64,000 bases of DNA from Gammaproteobacteria bacterium (GCA_043744295.1 JAYTUZ010000161.1:34199-98198), one strand, 5' to 3'; positions 20,345-30,291 are shown, counted from the first letter of the stretch. Numbers and translations: made by a program. Notes: a model not told the origin generated them from the sequence alone.

Positions 20345-20974
20345 CTAAGCCCGCCTGAAGCGCACGACATAGCCCCGGTCGGCCGCGTGCTCGCCGCTGG
20401 CGCCGGGGCCATAGAAGGGTTTGTCCTCCAGTGTCAGCCCGGCGGTCTGCGCCGCGAGCTGCCTGAACTTGGCGGCAAAACCCGCCTGTTCGTAGTGGCG
20501 CACATTGATCGAAATCACCACCAGTCCGCCAGGCTGCGTGATCCGCAAGACTTCATCCAGGGCGGCAGGGCCGACATGGCCGAGGGTGAAGGTGCCCGAG
20601 CTGAGCACGCCGGCGTAATAACCCTCCGCCACGTCGAGCCGCGCGGTGATATCGCCCCAGAAGAGCCGCTGGTAAAGGCTCTTTGTGGCAGCAACCGCCA
20701 GCATCTCGGGCGAAAAATCGGTGCCGTCGATCGGCGTTACACCCAGGGCCGAGAGCGCGGCGGCGACCAGTCCGGTGCCGGCGCCGATATCCAGAACGGG
20801 CCCGGCGCCGCCTGCCTGGACATAGGCCATGCTCACGTGATGCGGCATGATGTAGTCCATGGCGGCGCCAAAAGTCTGGTCGTAGGTCGCCGCCCAATCG
20901 CGGTACAGCGCCAGATTATCCTCGGGTGTAGCCAAGCCATAGGCGGCGTTCAGGTTGGGCGTGCGATCCGACAT
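20345..20974 (-). CDS. Class I SAM-dependent methyltransferase
   Basis: 209 aa from ATG 20974, with GAGGG 9 nt upstream. SAM-binding motif VLDIGAGTGLV. The longer track ORF (to 21433) is antisense to the next gene's start region. Confidence 0.85.
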   Translation of the reverse strand: MSDRTPNLNAAYGLATPEDNLALYRDWAATYDQTFGAAMDYIMPHHVSMAYVQAGGAGPVLDIGAGTGLVAAALSALGVTPIDGTDFSPEMLAVAATKSLYQRLFWGDITARLDVAEGYYAGVLSSGTFTLGHVGPAALDEVLRITQPGGLVVISINVRHYEQAGFAAKFRQLAAQTAGLTLEDKPFYGPGASGEHAADRGYVVRFRRA

Positions 20975-21224
20975 GGTTAGAAACCCTCGCATGCTGGCAC
21001 AAAGCTCAAATTGGTGTTCCTGCGACGTCCCCTCAACAGTCTGAGGATAGACCATAAGGTTGGCTCGCCAAAACCACGGCCTTGAGGTGGTAGGATCGCC
21101 CTGGGAATAGGGCATTCGCCGCACCGTACTTATACTGATGAAAAGCTGCCACGATTGGTGGAGCCTGAAGCGCATGGCGGGACTCGGGGCGCCCGCCACA
21201 GCTGACCCCACGGAGGACAGTGAC

Positions 21225-23375
21225 ATGTCACACATCGGTCGGGCCCGCATTATAGGGTCGCTTTTGTCAGCCCTGCGCCTGGTGGCGCTGGCCGTACTGC
21301 CGGCGCTTTCGGCATGCGGCGGGGGCGGTGGCGGCGGGGGTTCAGGCACGGGCGGCGGTTCGACTGGCCAGCCGACAATCATCGCAAGCGTGATTACCTT
21401 TCCGACCGGCGCGGTGCCACCGGGTTTCGTCACCGGTGCGCATAATTCCGTCGCCGCAGTTCAGGTGAACGCTCAGACGACCGGTGCGCCGATCACGACG
21501 GCTTCCGTAACGGTCAACGGCACCTCGCTCAGCTATGTGGCTGCCGACCAACTGTATGAAGCCGAGTTGAACGTCGATCCTGGGGTCAACATTCAGGTGC
21601 GGGTGACGGTCAACGGCGTCGCGTACACGGCGTCGCACCAGAATTCCAGCACCTACCCGACGATCACCGCACCTGCTGCCGACGCGAATTGGTCCAATCA
21701 GGCCTCGAACGTGGTCAGCTGGTCCGGTGCGACGCCTGACAGTGCCGCGCAGTTTGCCATCGGCGTGCTGGATCCGAACGGCGGGCTGATCTGGCCTGCC
21801 AATGGGAGTTTCATGGCGGTTCCATCCTCGACCACCAGCATCACGATCGACCCGAACAGCGTGAGCACCGGCAGCCGTCTGGTGCTGGTCGGGATCGTCG
21901 CTGTGGTCGCCATTCCCGGCGCTGCAAATGGCTCGGGCGTGGTGATCGGCGGTTTCAATTTCGTGCCAATCACCGTCTCCGTGCCGGTCGCAGCGCCGCA
22001 GTCGGTATCGACATCGCCGGCGACGGTCACGGTCGGCATCGGTAAATCGAGCCAGCTTGCTGCCACCGTGACTTTCACGGACAGCAGCACCCAGGACATC
22101 ACCGCCCAGGCGGACTGGTCATCCTCGAACACGGCCATCGTCACGGTCAGCAACACCGGCGTCGTGACGGGCGTCGCTGGAGGTGCAGCCACCGTGACGG
22201 CGCAGTATGGCGGGTTCTCTGCCAGTACCAGCGTCTCAGTGTTCCAGCCTAATCCGTCGCCGCCGCCGCCGCTCAGTCAGGCTGTCACGTATCAGGTTGA
22301 TTACGCCCACTCGGGTCGGGCGACGGTCGGCGGCAGCGGCCCCATTTTTCCGCCGACCGCCCATTGGGCGACGACGCTGAGCGGCGATCGGATCTCGTAC
22401 CCGGTGATCGCGGACGGCAAGGTATTCGTGACGACCAATGCGCCGCCCAACGGCGAAATATACGGTACGAGCCTGTACGCCATCGACCAACTCACCGGCA
22501 ATAACGCCTGGGGGCCCACGCCCATTCCGGGTACATACAGCTTTTCGGGCATCGCCTATGATCACGGCACACTGTTCGTGGTCAACTTCGATGGCCTGTT
22601 GCGGACCTTCGATGCAGCCACCGGTACGCCCGGCTGGTTCAAGCAGCTGCCGGTGACACAGGTGACATCGGCCCCCACTGCAGTGAACGGCATCGTCTAT
22701 ATCCCCGGCTATGGTGGTCTGTCAGCCACCGACGAGGCCAACGGCAACGCGATCTTCACGGCGCCTGCCGGTGGCGATCACAGTTCGCCTGCGGTATCGG
22801 CCGATGGAGTGTTCGCCGCCAATCCCTGCAATGCCCAGAAAGTAGACCCCATCGTCGGCACGGTGCTCTGGTACTTTTCCGAGGCCTGCTCGGGCGGCGG
22901 CGGCAAGACCGTTGCCTATGCGAATAACATCGCCTACGTTCGCGAAATGTTTGATACAGCGACCAGCGCCCAGGTCGATTTGAAGCTCGACGCGGCAACC
23001 GGCACGCAGATCGGTTCATTCACTGCGAATGTCATTCCGGCATTCAGCGGCACGACGGGGTTCTTCCTGAGCAACGGAAATCTGAGCGCTGTCGACCTGG
23101 CCGCGGGCACCACGCTCTGGTCTTTCGCTGGTGATGGCCAGCTTGACTCGGCACCGATCGTCATCGACGACAGCGTAGTAATCGGCTCGTTGTCCGGGAC
23201 GGTGTACGCCCTTGATGTTGCCAACGGCGCTGTCCGGTGGAGCGGCTCGGCGGGCGCACCAATCGAAGCGCCGGACGAGCAGAACGCGATGCTGCTGACC
23301 GGGCTCGGCGCCGGCAACGGCTACCTGGTGGTGCCCGCCGGTAACGTGCTCAATGGCTGGCGAGTGGTGCCGTAA
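21225..23375 (+). CDS. Lipoprotein with poly-Gly linker, Big_2 Ig-like domain and PQQ-like (BamB-like) beta-propeller repeats
   Basis: ATG 21225 with GGAGGA RBS. Lipobox LSAC is followed by GGGGGGGGSGTGGGS. Big_2 signature: VTVGIGKSSQLAATVTFTDSSTQDITAQADWSSSNTAIVTVSNTGVVTGVAGGAATVTAQYGG. Repeated blades of the type G.VY..D..TG...W. Confidence 0.85.
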   Translation: MSHIGRARIIGSLLSALRLVALAVLPALSACGGGGGGGGSGTGGGSTGQPTIIASVITFPTGAVPPGFVTGAHNSVAAVQVNAQTTGAPITTASVTVNGTSLSYVAADQLYEAELNVDPGVNIQVRVTVNGVAYTASHQNSSTYPTITAPAADANWSNQASNVVSWSGATPDSAAQFAIGVLDPNGGLIWPANGSFMAVPSSTTSITIDPNSVSTGSRLVLVGIVAVVAIPGAANGSGVVIGGFNFVPITVSVPVAAPQSVSTSPATVTVGIGKSSQLAATVTFTDSSTQDITAQADWSSSNTAIVTVSNTGVVTGVAGGAATVTAQYGGFSASTSVSVFQPNPSPPPPLSQAVTYQVDYAHSGRATVGGSGPIFPPTAHWATTLSGDRISYPVIADGKVFVTTNAPPNGEIYGTSLYAIDQLTGNNAWGPTPIPGTYSFSGIAYDHGTLFVVNFDGLLRTFDAATGTPGWFKQLPVTQVTSAPTAVNGIVYIPGYGGLSATDEANGNAIFTAPAGGDHSSPAVSADGVFAANPCNAQKVDPIVGTVLWYFSEACSGGGGKTVAYANNIAYVREMFDTATSAQVDLKLDAATGTQIGSFTANVIPAFSGTTGFFLSNGNLSAVDLAAGTTLWSFAGDGQLDSAPIVIDDSVVIGSLSGTVYALDVANGAVRWSGSAGAPIEAPDEQNAMLLTGLGAGNGYLVVPAGNVLNGWRVVP

Positions 23376-23452
23376 GGCAGATTTCCAGTCTGGCAAATTG
23401 ACGAACGGGAAGTGAACTGCCCGCGCGGTTGCCGGCGCGACTCAGCCCCTGA

Positions 23453-23710
23453 TCATTGCTTCTCCACGACCACCCGTCCCTGCGTATTCACATACACGTG
23501 ATAGCGGTGACCATCCTTACAGGTGGCAAGGTAGTCGCTGTCGGCGTTGCGCTTGGCGTCGACGATCTCATCGCAGGGCAGGCCCTGCAAAGCGATGGTC
23601 GCCTTGAGATCCTGCACCATTGCGGCGTCATCGGCGGCGAGCGCCTGGGTGCCCGCGAAACCTGCAGCGATTGCCACCAGGGTAAAGCTTGAAACAATGC
23701 GCGGGCTCAT
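23453..23710 (-). CDS. Small secreted protein (85 aa), unknown function
   Basis: AGGAG RBS and signal peptide ...GFAGTQALA/ADD. The mature part has two Cys residues. It lies 20 nt downstream of the lipoprotein gene at 23731-24420, so they are probably one operon. Confidence 0.7.
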   Translation of the reverse strand: MSPRIVSSFTLVAIAAGFAGTQALAADDAAMVQDLKATIALQGLPCDEIVDAKRNADSDYLATCKDGHRYHVYVNTQGRVVVEKQ

Positions 23711-23730
23711 GTTGACTCCTGCATTACTGC

Positions 23731-24420
23731 CTAGATAGTTGCGAATTTTTCCGGATCACGAAGAATGCTCCAGATCGCTTCACGTGAAGCCACGATGTCG
23801 GTCGCGAGCGGTCGGTCCCGGTCCTGCAGCAGGCTGATAACCTTGAGCATCAGCAGGTCGTAGCGCTGCCGCAAGTCGCCAAACGTGAGTGCGGCCCGGC
23901 CGCGATAGAAGGCGCGGAACTGCTCCAGCAGGTCATCGACCTGGTTCTTGAGCGACAGCTTGGTGAATACGCCGATGGCGCGGGTGTCACGTAGTCGCTG
24001 CTCGAGCGAGGTCAGGTTGAGCGCGGGTGGAGCGGGCGGCGGCTGTGGCGCGCTCGCTCCGGCAGGCATTGGCGGCTGCGCTTTGGGCGGCGTCGGTGCG
24101 GACCTGGACGGCGCAGGCGGTTTGACCGGAACTGCGGCGTTGCCCGGTTTGGTGGCGGCAGCCGCCATGGTGCCGGAGGCCGGGACAGGCGGCGCGGGCG
24201 GCACCGTCGCAGCTGTGCTCGTCGGCGGGGCCGGGGGTTTCATCGGTGGGATTGGCGCGACTGGCGGGACTGGCCCGGCTGGCGCTGCTGCCGGTTGTGC
24301 GGGAGCCGTAGCGGCAGGGGCTGCAGCTGGCGCGACGGGCGGCAAATTGCTGCACGCGGCCAGCACTACCGGGAGTAGCAGGAGGGCGGCGATTCTTGCG
24401 TTCACGGTAGCGCGCGACAT
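23731..24420 (-). CDS. Lipoprotein with a ~140-aa Pro/Ala-rich spacer and a conserved helical C-terminal domain; unknown function
   Basis: Start at ATG 24420 gives MSRATVNARIAALLLLPVVLAAC (lipobox). A long PA-rich low-complexity region follows, then LTSLEQRLRDTRAIGVFTKLSLKNQVDDLLEQFRAFY... Confidence 0.7.
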   Translation of the reverse strand: MSRATVNARIAALLLLPVVLAACSNLPPVAPAAAPAATAPAQPAAAPAGPVPPVAPIPPMKPPAPPTSTAATVPPAPPVPASGTMAAAATKPGNAAVPVKPPAPSRSAPTPPKAQPPMPAGASAPQPPPAPPALNLTSLEQRLRDTRAIGVFTKLSLKNQVDDLLEQFRAFYRGRAALTFGDLRQRYDLLMLKVISLLQDRDRPLATDIVASREAIWSILRDPEKFATI

Positions 24421-24646
24421 CTTCGCTGGTACTTCGATTGCACGGCTGATCTCGGCCTGGGCGCATTGTATCAGGGGGCGCTGGTGACGGCGCGCAACCA
24501 CGGGCTCGGGCATTTACAAGAGCGCCAGCTTGCCAATGTCGACCGATCGGCTAAAGTTTGCGCCATCCTTGAACGCTGCGTAACCATGCTTCGGCATATG
24601 AGCGAGACTCTGCCATGATCCCAAGAGCCCCGATCGAGCACAGGCA

Positions 24647-25075
24647 GTGAAACCAATCGCGTTGATTCTGGTGACCACGGGATGGCTGCTCTGGGTGGCG
24701 TCGTTCTTCCTGCCCTGGTACGAGTTTCTCGGTTTGATCAATGGCGGGACGGTGGTCGGCGAGCTCTTGTTTTCCATGTCTCGCGAAGTGGCTGCGCTCA
24801 CCTTGTTGCTGTGGCTAAGCATCGTATGCATGGCAGTGGCGCCAATTGCTCTGCTATCGAATTGGGCACTGCCATGGAAGGCATTGCTACTGCTGATGCT
24901 CGTGGCGACCTTGCTGAATCTCGCGGTATTGGTGAACTACGCCACCAAGGCTCCAAATTCTCTGAGGCTGGGCTACTACCTCTGGTGTGCGGCCTTTATA
25001 CTGGTCAGCAGTGGGCTATACCTCAGCGTTCGCACAAGCTCGCGCATGAGGCCCAACGGGCTGCATGCGAAATAG
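24647..25075 (+). CDS. Small integral membrane protein (4 predicted TM helices), unknown function
   Basis: GTG start, 142 aa, four hydrophobic stretches. Codon third positions are noticeably more A/T-rich than in the rest of the window. Confidence 0.6.
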   Translation: MKPIALILVTTGWLLWVASFFLPWYEFLGLINGGTVVGELLFSMSREVAALTLLLWLSIVCMAVAPIALLSNWALPWKALLLLMLVATLLNLAVLVNYATKAPNSLRLGYYLWCAAFILVSSGLYLSVRTSSRMRPNGLHAK

Positions 25076-25140
25076 CGGCAAGTGATTGAAGGTATGGAGA
25101 AGCCGCGCTCAAGCAGGGTTGTAGTTGTCAGCAACCGCTT

Positions 25141-26019
25141 CTATCGCGTCGCGGCCAACCTCCCGTCACGATAATCGGCCAGCGCCCGCTCGATTTCCTC
25201 GCGCGTGTTCATCACGAAGGGGCCGTACTGCACCACCGGCTCCGCGATCGGTCTGGCCGCAAGCAGCAGAAACTGCACACCCTCTGCTCCGGCCTCAATG
25301 CGCACGCTATCGCCATCCGACAATACACCGGCGGCCCGATGTGGCAATGGCTTGGCAGTGCCTGGCGCGCCGATCGCTCCACTCCCCTCATACATGTAAA
25401 GGAATGCATTGTGGCCGGTCGTAAGCGGTGCAGTGAATGCGCCGCCGGCCGGCAGGTGTACATCGAGGTACAGCGGATCAGTGCTGAGCCGGGTGCCGCG
25501 ACTGTTGACGGGGCCGTGGGCCGTGGTTTCGCCGAGCGTGAGCACGCCGGCAATCACCTTCACACTGCCACCCTGCGGGAGCGAAAGTTGCGGGATTTCA
25601 CGCGCCGGAATGTCGCGATAAGCGGCGGGCCGCATCTTTTCCTTGGCCGGCAGATTGAGCCAAAGCTGGAAGCCGCGCATGCGCCCTTCGCTCTGCTGTG
25701 GCATCTCGGAGTGAATGATGCCGTGCGCGGCGGTCATCCACTGCACGTCGCCGGGGCCCAGATCGCCACGATTGCCCAGGTGATCCTCATGGCGCATGTG
25801 GCCGTCGAGCATGTAGGTGACAGTTTCGAAGCCGCGATGCGGGTGCGCCGGGAAGCCGGCGAGGTAGTCGTCCGGGTCATCCGAATAGAACTCATCGAGC
25901 ATCAGGAACGGATCTACATACAAACCGCGCTGGCTGCCGACACTGCGGCGCAGCTTGACGCCGGCGCCGTCGGAAGTCGGCATCGATTCGATGACTCGGG
26001 CAAGACTGCGGGTACTCAT
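25141..26019 (-). CDS. Pirin family protein (bicupin; quercetinase-like)
   Basis: Pirin N-terminal metal site FPAHPHRGFETVTYMLDGHMRHEDH, about 290 aa. It lies 11 nt downstream of azoR. Confidence 0.9.
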   Translation of the reverse strand: MSTRSLARVIESMPTSDGAGVKLRRSVGSQRGLYVDPFLMLDEFYSDDPDDYLAGFPAHPHRGFETVTYMLDGHMRHEDHLGNRGDLGPGDVQWMTAAHGIIHSEMPQQSEGRMRGFQLWLNLPAKEKMRPAAYRDIPAREIPQLSLPQGGSVKVIAGVLTLGETTAHGPVNSRGTRLSTDPLYLDVHLPAGGAFTAPLTTGHNAFLYMYEGSGAIGAPGTAKPLPHRAAGVLSDGDSVRIEAGAEGVQFLLLAARPIAEPVVQYGPFVMNTREEIERALADYRDGRLAATR

Positions 26020-26030
26020 CGCGGAACTCC

Positions 26031-26636
26031 TCAGGCGGCGAGGCGCTCGATTTCAACCGCAGCCTTGGCAAGATTCGCTTCCCTGCTTTGCGGGCCGAGC
26101 GCGAGGCCTTCAGCGTAGATGAAGCCAACGTCTGTCAGGCCAATGAAGCGCAGGAAGTCGCGCACGTAGCTGGTCTGCGTATCCATCGGGGTGCCAGCAT
26201 AGACGCCGCCGCGGGCCGCGAATACCACCACCTTCTTGCCGGTGAGCAGGCCCACGGGGCCTTTGTCGGTGTACTTGAAGGTGACGCCGGCGCGGGCGAT
26301 GTGATCGAAGTAGGCCTTCAACTGCGAGGGCACGCCGAAATTGTACATCGGCAGGCCCAGCACGATGAGCTCAGCCTGCACCAGTTCGTTGATCAGCGTG
26401 TCGGAATAGGCCACGACCGCCTGCTGCGCGCTGCTGCGCTGTTCCGCCGGGGTGATGAAGGCGCCAAAGCGCTCGGCATCGAGGTGCGGCACGGGTTCGG
26501 CGGCGGCGACGTCGCGCACGACCAGCCGTGCCGCGGGGTTGCGCTTCTGGAAAGCGGCGACGAACTGCTTCGCCAGCTGGCTGGACTGGCCGTTGCCGTT
26601 GTTGATGCTGGCGTTGATCTGCAGCAGGGTGGTCAT
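26031..26636 (-). CDS. azoR: FMN-dependent NADH-azoreductase
   Basis: 201 aa from ATG 26636: [11 protein letters not shown]...[30 protein letters not shown], the typical AzoR pattern. Confidence 0.88.
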   Translation of the reverse strand: MTTLLQINASINNGNGQSSQLAKQFVAAFQKRNPAARLVVRDVAAAEPVPHLDAERFGAFITPAEQRSSAQQAVVAYSDTLINELVQAELIVLGLPMYNFGVPSQLKAYFDHIARAGVTFKYTDKGPVGLLTGKKVVVFAARGGVYAGTPMDTQTSYVRDFLRFIGLTDVGFIYAEGLALGPQSREANLAKAAVEIERLAA

Positions 26637-26750
26637 CGAAAACTCCTTGGTTTTGTGGTGGACCGATTTTCTCTTCCGGGCCATTTAAGTATTAATTGAC
26701 CTGATAAAAAAGTAGAATAAATGGCGTATATCTATCTAATGAATGAATAG

Positions 26751-27656
26751 ATGACTGCCAATCCACGAGTTTCCCTGGAGCAATGGCGTGCCCTGCTGGC
26801 GGTCGTCGATGCCGGCGGCTATGCGCAGGCCGCCGCGCTACTGCACAAGAGCCAGTCGGCCGTGACCTACGCGGTGCAGAGAATGGAAGCCCTGCTGAGT
26901 GTGAAAATCTTCGAGGTGGTTGGCCGCAAGGCGCAGCTCACCTCGACCGGGAAGGTCTTGTACCGTCGCGCGCAAGCCCTGCTCGAGGAAGCCGGTGCGC
27001 TGGAAGGCGCGGCTGGAACGCTGGCCGCGGGCTGGGAGCCGGAGCTGCGCCTGTCGGTGGAGATCATCTTTCCCACCTGGCTGCTGCTGCAATGCTTCGC
27101 GCGCTTCGGCCTGGAGCAACCGCAGACGCGGATCGAGCTGTACGAGAACGTGCTCAGCGGCACCGAGGAAGCGCTGCTACAGCGCAAGGTGGATCTGGCC
27201 ATCTGCTCGCGAGTGCCGCCGGGCTTCATGGGCGATCCCCTCATGCGGCTGCGCTTCATCGCGGCGGCGCACCCGGATCATCCGCTGCACAAACTCGGGC
27301 GCCAGCTGACGCGCCAGGATCTGCGCAAGCATCGCCATCTGATCATCCGCGATACCGGTAGCCAACGCCAAAGTGGCAGCTGGCTCGGCGCGGAGCAGAG
27401 CTGGACGGTCAGCCAGAAGGCCACGTCGATCCACGCGGCCGTCATGGGCCAGGGATTTGCGTGGTTTCCGGAGGAGACGGTGCGCGGCGAGCTGCAACGC
27501 GGTGAGCTCAAGGCGCTGCCGCTGCGCGAAGGTGGCGAGCGCTCGGGCGATCTCTACCTGGTGTATGCCGACCGCGACTATGCGGGTCCGGGTGCATTGC
27601 GCCTGGCGGAGATCATCCGTGAGCAGGTGGACGGGGAGTGCCGCGGGCGGGCCTAA
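26751..27656 (+). CDS. LysR family transcriptional regulator
   Basis: N-terminal wHTH GGYAQAAALLHKSQSAVTYAVQRME plus a LysR substrate-binding domain. It is divergent from azoR-pirin across an AT-rich 114-bp spacer. Confidence 0.9.
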   Translation: MTANPRVSLEQWRALLAVVDAGGYAQAAALLHKSQSAVTYAVQRMEALLSVKIFEVVGRKAQLTSTGKVLYRRAQALLEEAGALEGAAGTLAAGWEPELRLSVEIIFPTWLLLQCFARFGLEQPQTRIELYENVLSGTEEALLQRKVDLAICSRVPPGFMGDPLMRLRFIAAAHPDHPLHKLGRQLTRQDLRKHRHLIIRDTGSQRQSGSWLGAEQSWTVSQKATSIHAAVMGQGFAWFPEETVRGELQRGELKALPLREGGERSGDLYLVYADRDYAGPGALRLAEIIREQVDGECRGRA

Positions 27657-28426
27657 TCCCTGGGGTTGCGCTCCAGTGTCACGATCATGCCCGGCCTGAA
27701 CGCCGGGTTTGGTTGGTGCGGCAGGTAGCCGCGCGGATTGCACACCACGCGCGTGCCGTTGAGCTCATAGTCCATCGATTCATGGGTGTGGCCATGAATC
27801 CATAACTGCACCGGCTCGCGCACCAGCGCCGCAAGATCCGAGGCGAAGGCCGGATTGAGCAGGTCGCCTGTGTATTTTGCATGCACGCTTCTGGCATGGG
27901 GCAGGTGGTGAGTGATCACCACCGTTGCACCAGCAAACGGCTGCGCGAGCTGCTGTGCCAGCCACGCCAGCTGGCGCTGATGAATGGCGAGCGTGTCCTG
28001 TGGGCGCAGCAGGCCGGAATCCGCCAGGCGTATGGCACGGTAGTCGACCATGCCGCGTTGGGCATCGGCGAACGCGCGCGCGATCATGGAGGCGTCTGGG
28101 CCGTAGAGTGCAAAGTCGGTCCACAGGGTGGCGCCGAGGAAACGTACACCGTCGATCATGACTGCATCGCCATCGAGCAGCTGCACATCGTGCACAGCGG
28201 CGACTCGCCGCAGCTCCTGCAGCGTAGCGCCCATCTCGCCGCCAAAGAACTCGTGATTGCCAGGTACATAGATGACCTGCGCGTCGGCAAAGTGCCTGCG
28301 AGCCCAGATCACGCCCTCAACGCCGACATGAATATCACCGGCCAGCACGACCACGTCCGCGGGTGCGGGCGGCGGAACCCAGTCCTGGAACTCCAGATGC
28401 AGGTCGGATAAAACGCGTATTCTCAT
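27653..28426 (-). CDS. Calcineurin-like metallophosphoesterase
   Basis: Motifs SDLHLE, AGDIH, GNHEF, THH and HGHTH appear in canonical order. 257 aa. Its stop overlaps the LysR stop by 4 nt (convergent). Confidence 0.88.
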   Translation of the reverse strand: MRIRVLSDLHLEFQDWVPPPAPADVVVLAGDIHVGVEGVIWARRHFADAQVIYVPGNHEFFGGEMGATLQELRRVAAVHDVQLLDGDAVMIDGVRFLGATLWTDFALYGPDASMIARAFADAQRGMVDYRAIRLADSGLLRPQDTLAIHQRQLAWLAQQLAQPFAGATVVITHHLPHARSVHAKYTGDLLNPAFASDLAALVREPVQLWIHGHTHESMDYELNGTRVVCNPRGYLPHQPNPAFRPGMIVTLERNPRD

Positions 28427-28477
28427 GCGCGATGGTACAACGCGATTCGCGCGTCGGACTGCGTGCGATCAGCAGCC

Positions 28478-28876
28478 TCAGTGCGCCTGTGCGTGCATCC
28501 GGTCATCCGCCTTGAAAAACTTGCGGGCCAGCGCGACCAGCGCCTTGTCGCTCGGGTGATCGAGCGTCTCGACGCCTGAAACGCGTGGCATCAGCTCGGG
28601 CCGGTGTTCACGGGCGTAGTGGGTCAGTTCGGTCTTGGCCTGGCCGGGGCCAGTTATCAGTATCGCGCCGGTGTGCGTGAGCGCGGCGATGACGCGCTCG
28701 AAGAACTCCTTGTCCACACCCTTGTGGCCGCTGCCCGTGGTGTTGGCCTTGTGCTGCAGGTGACGGCCGGTCGCATGGGACTGCACGACGAGGCGGCTGA
28801 CGTCGGCAGAGTCGAAGTGAAATATCTTCGCTTCACGATGATCGATCCAGACGATGGCGTGGTAATGCTCGCTCAT
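28478..28876 (-). CDS. Conserved small cytoplasmic protein (132 aa); I recall homologs being auto-annotated as 'translational machinery protein' (eRF1/host-attachment-like fold), unverified
   Basis: Start at ATG 28876 (MSEHYHAIVWIDHREAKIFHF...) has AGGAG 5 nt upstream. The track start at 28900 has no RBS. Conserved-looking core: GSGHKG...ILITGPGQAKTEL..Y...HRPEL..RV.GVETLDHPSD. Confidence 0.7.
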   Translation of the reverse strand: MSEHYHAIVWIDHREAKIFHFDSADVSRLVVQSHATGRHLQHKANTTGSGHKGVDKEFFERVIAALTHTGAILITGPGQAKTELTHYAREHRPELMPRVSGVETLDHPSDKALVALARKFFKADDRMHAQAH

Positions 28877-28968
28877 GAGGGCTCCTGCGTGGTTGGTCAT
28901 GGTCAGTTTGCGCCGCTACGCACCGACTGTATGTAGGTAAGCGTCCCTAGTGGGCTCCTGGGCAGCGC

Positions 28969-29295
28969 TCAGGCGGACGGCCGGGGCATGCGTGCCTGCA
29001 GGTGCTGCAATTGGGCTTCCAGGTCACTGACCCGCTGCAGCAGCGCGATGGCCAGGGCGATGCCAGGCGGTTCCAGCTCAAAGCTCTGGCGCAGCCTGTA
29101 GGCCGTGCGCACCGTCACCAGGCAGTGACCCCCGAAGACCCAGGGCGTCGCTTCGGGGCGCAGTGGGGCGACGGCACCGAACTCCACCAGCTCATGCAGT
29201 TCAGCCGCTGACAGGCCGGAGAGATCTGCCAGTTCTGCCATGGAAAACTCATGCGCGTCACTCACCCAGCGCGCTTCACCCGTGTCAGTTGGCAT
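28969..29295 (-). CDS. cbpM: Chaperone modulatory protein CbpM (MerR-like)
   Basis: 108 aa: [26 protein letters not shown]...[17 protein letters not shown]. It overlaps the cbpA 3' end by 11 nt, the canonical cbpA-cbpM arrangement. Confidence 0.85.
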   Translation of the reverse strand: MPTDTGEARWVSDAHEFSMAELADLSGLSAAELHELVEFGAVAPLRPEATPWVFGGHCLVTVRTAYRLRQSFELEPPGIALAIALLQRVSDLEAQLQHLQARMPRPSA

Positions 29296-30238
29296 TTTTC
29301 AGCTCCTGTCCAAAATGGGCGCGTGGTGCAAATCTCGACCCGTTCCTGAGTTGTTCGTAAAGATTCTGTTCACTCGCGCTGGTTTTTGGGGGGACGACTA
29401 TCTGCGCGATGGCGTAGAGATCGCCCGCACCGCCAGCAGGCCTGGGCAGGCCGCGGCCGGCGAGGCGCAGCTGTTTGCCGCTGTTGGTATTGGCCGGCAC
29501 CTTCAACTGTACGACACCGCCCAGCGTGGGCAGCTCGACTGTCGCCCCCAGCACTGCTTCCCATGGCGCCAGCGGCAGATCGAGAAACAGATCGTGGCCA
29601 CTGGCGCGAAACAGGGGATGCGGCAGCAGCGCGATATTGAGCCACAGGTCGCCATCGCGGCCGCCATTGAAGCCCTTGCCACCCCGGCCCGGCAGGCGCA
29701 ACCGCTGTCCATCACTGGCGCCCTTGGGGATGCGCACTTTGAGCGTCCGCGGTACTCGCTGTAAAAACCCCTGCGGGTTCATTTCAGGCATCGCCAGATT
29801 CAATTCCACTTCGGTGCCACTGAAGGCCGCCTCAAGCGGGATGCTCACCTTCGCTTCAAAGTCTTCGCCGGGCATGCGCAGCTGCCCCTGGGCGCGCCCC
29901 GCGCCGTGTCTGCCGGCCGCCAGGCCTGCCAGCAATTCGCCCAGATCCAGATCGCCAAAGTCAGGTGCTGCGCCACCGGCGCGATGGCCCCAATCGGGTG
30001 GCGGGCGGAAGTCTTCACCGGGGGCGTGCGCGCCAAGCTGGTCATAGCCTAAGCGCTTGTCCGGGTCCTTGAGCGTCTCGTACGCTTCCGCCACTTCCTT
30101 GAATTTCTCTTCGCCCGCCGGATCCTTGGAAACATCCGGATGATACTTATGGGCCAGCTTGCGGTAGGCCTTCTTGATCTGCTCGGCGCTGGCGCCGCGC
30201 GCGACGCCGAGAATGCTGTAGTAATCCTTGTACTTCAT
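29285..30238 (-). CDS. cbpA: Curved-DNA-binding protein CbpA (DnaJ-like co-chaperone without zinc finger)
   Basis: J-domain [12 protein letters not shown]...[14 protein letters not shown] (HPD motif). DnaJ C-terminal substrate-binding domains are present and no CxxCxGxG repeats. ATG 30238 chosen; an in-frame GTG exists at 30247. Confidence 0.9.
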   Translation of the reverse strand: MKYKDYYSILGVARGASAEQIKKAYRKLAHKYHPDVSKDPAGEEKFKEVAEAYETLKDPDKRLGYDQLGAHAPGEDFRPPPDWGHRAGGAAPDFGDLDLGELLAGLAAGRHGAGRAQGQLRMPGEDFEAKVSIPLEAAFSGTEVELNLAMPEMNPQGFLQRVPRTLKVRIPKGASDGQRLRLPGRGGKGFNGGRDGDLWLNIALLPHPLFRASGHDLFLDLPLAPWEAVLGATVELPTLGGVVQLKVPANTNSGKQLRLAGRGLPRPAGGAGDLYAIAQIVVPPKTSASEQNLYEQLRNGSRFAPRAHFGQELKNAN

Positions 30239-30291
30239 GCGCCTCACTCAGCGCTGCAGGGACAGGAGCAGCTTACCCGGTTGCTGCAGTT

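Noticed and set aside
20975-21433. 153-codon upstream extension of the methyltransferase ORF
   Set aside because: It is antisense to the start of the Big2/PQQ lipoprotein gene and crosses the divergent promoter region. The methyltransferase fold starts at ATG 20974, which has an RBS.
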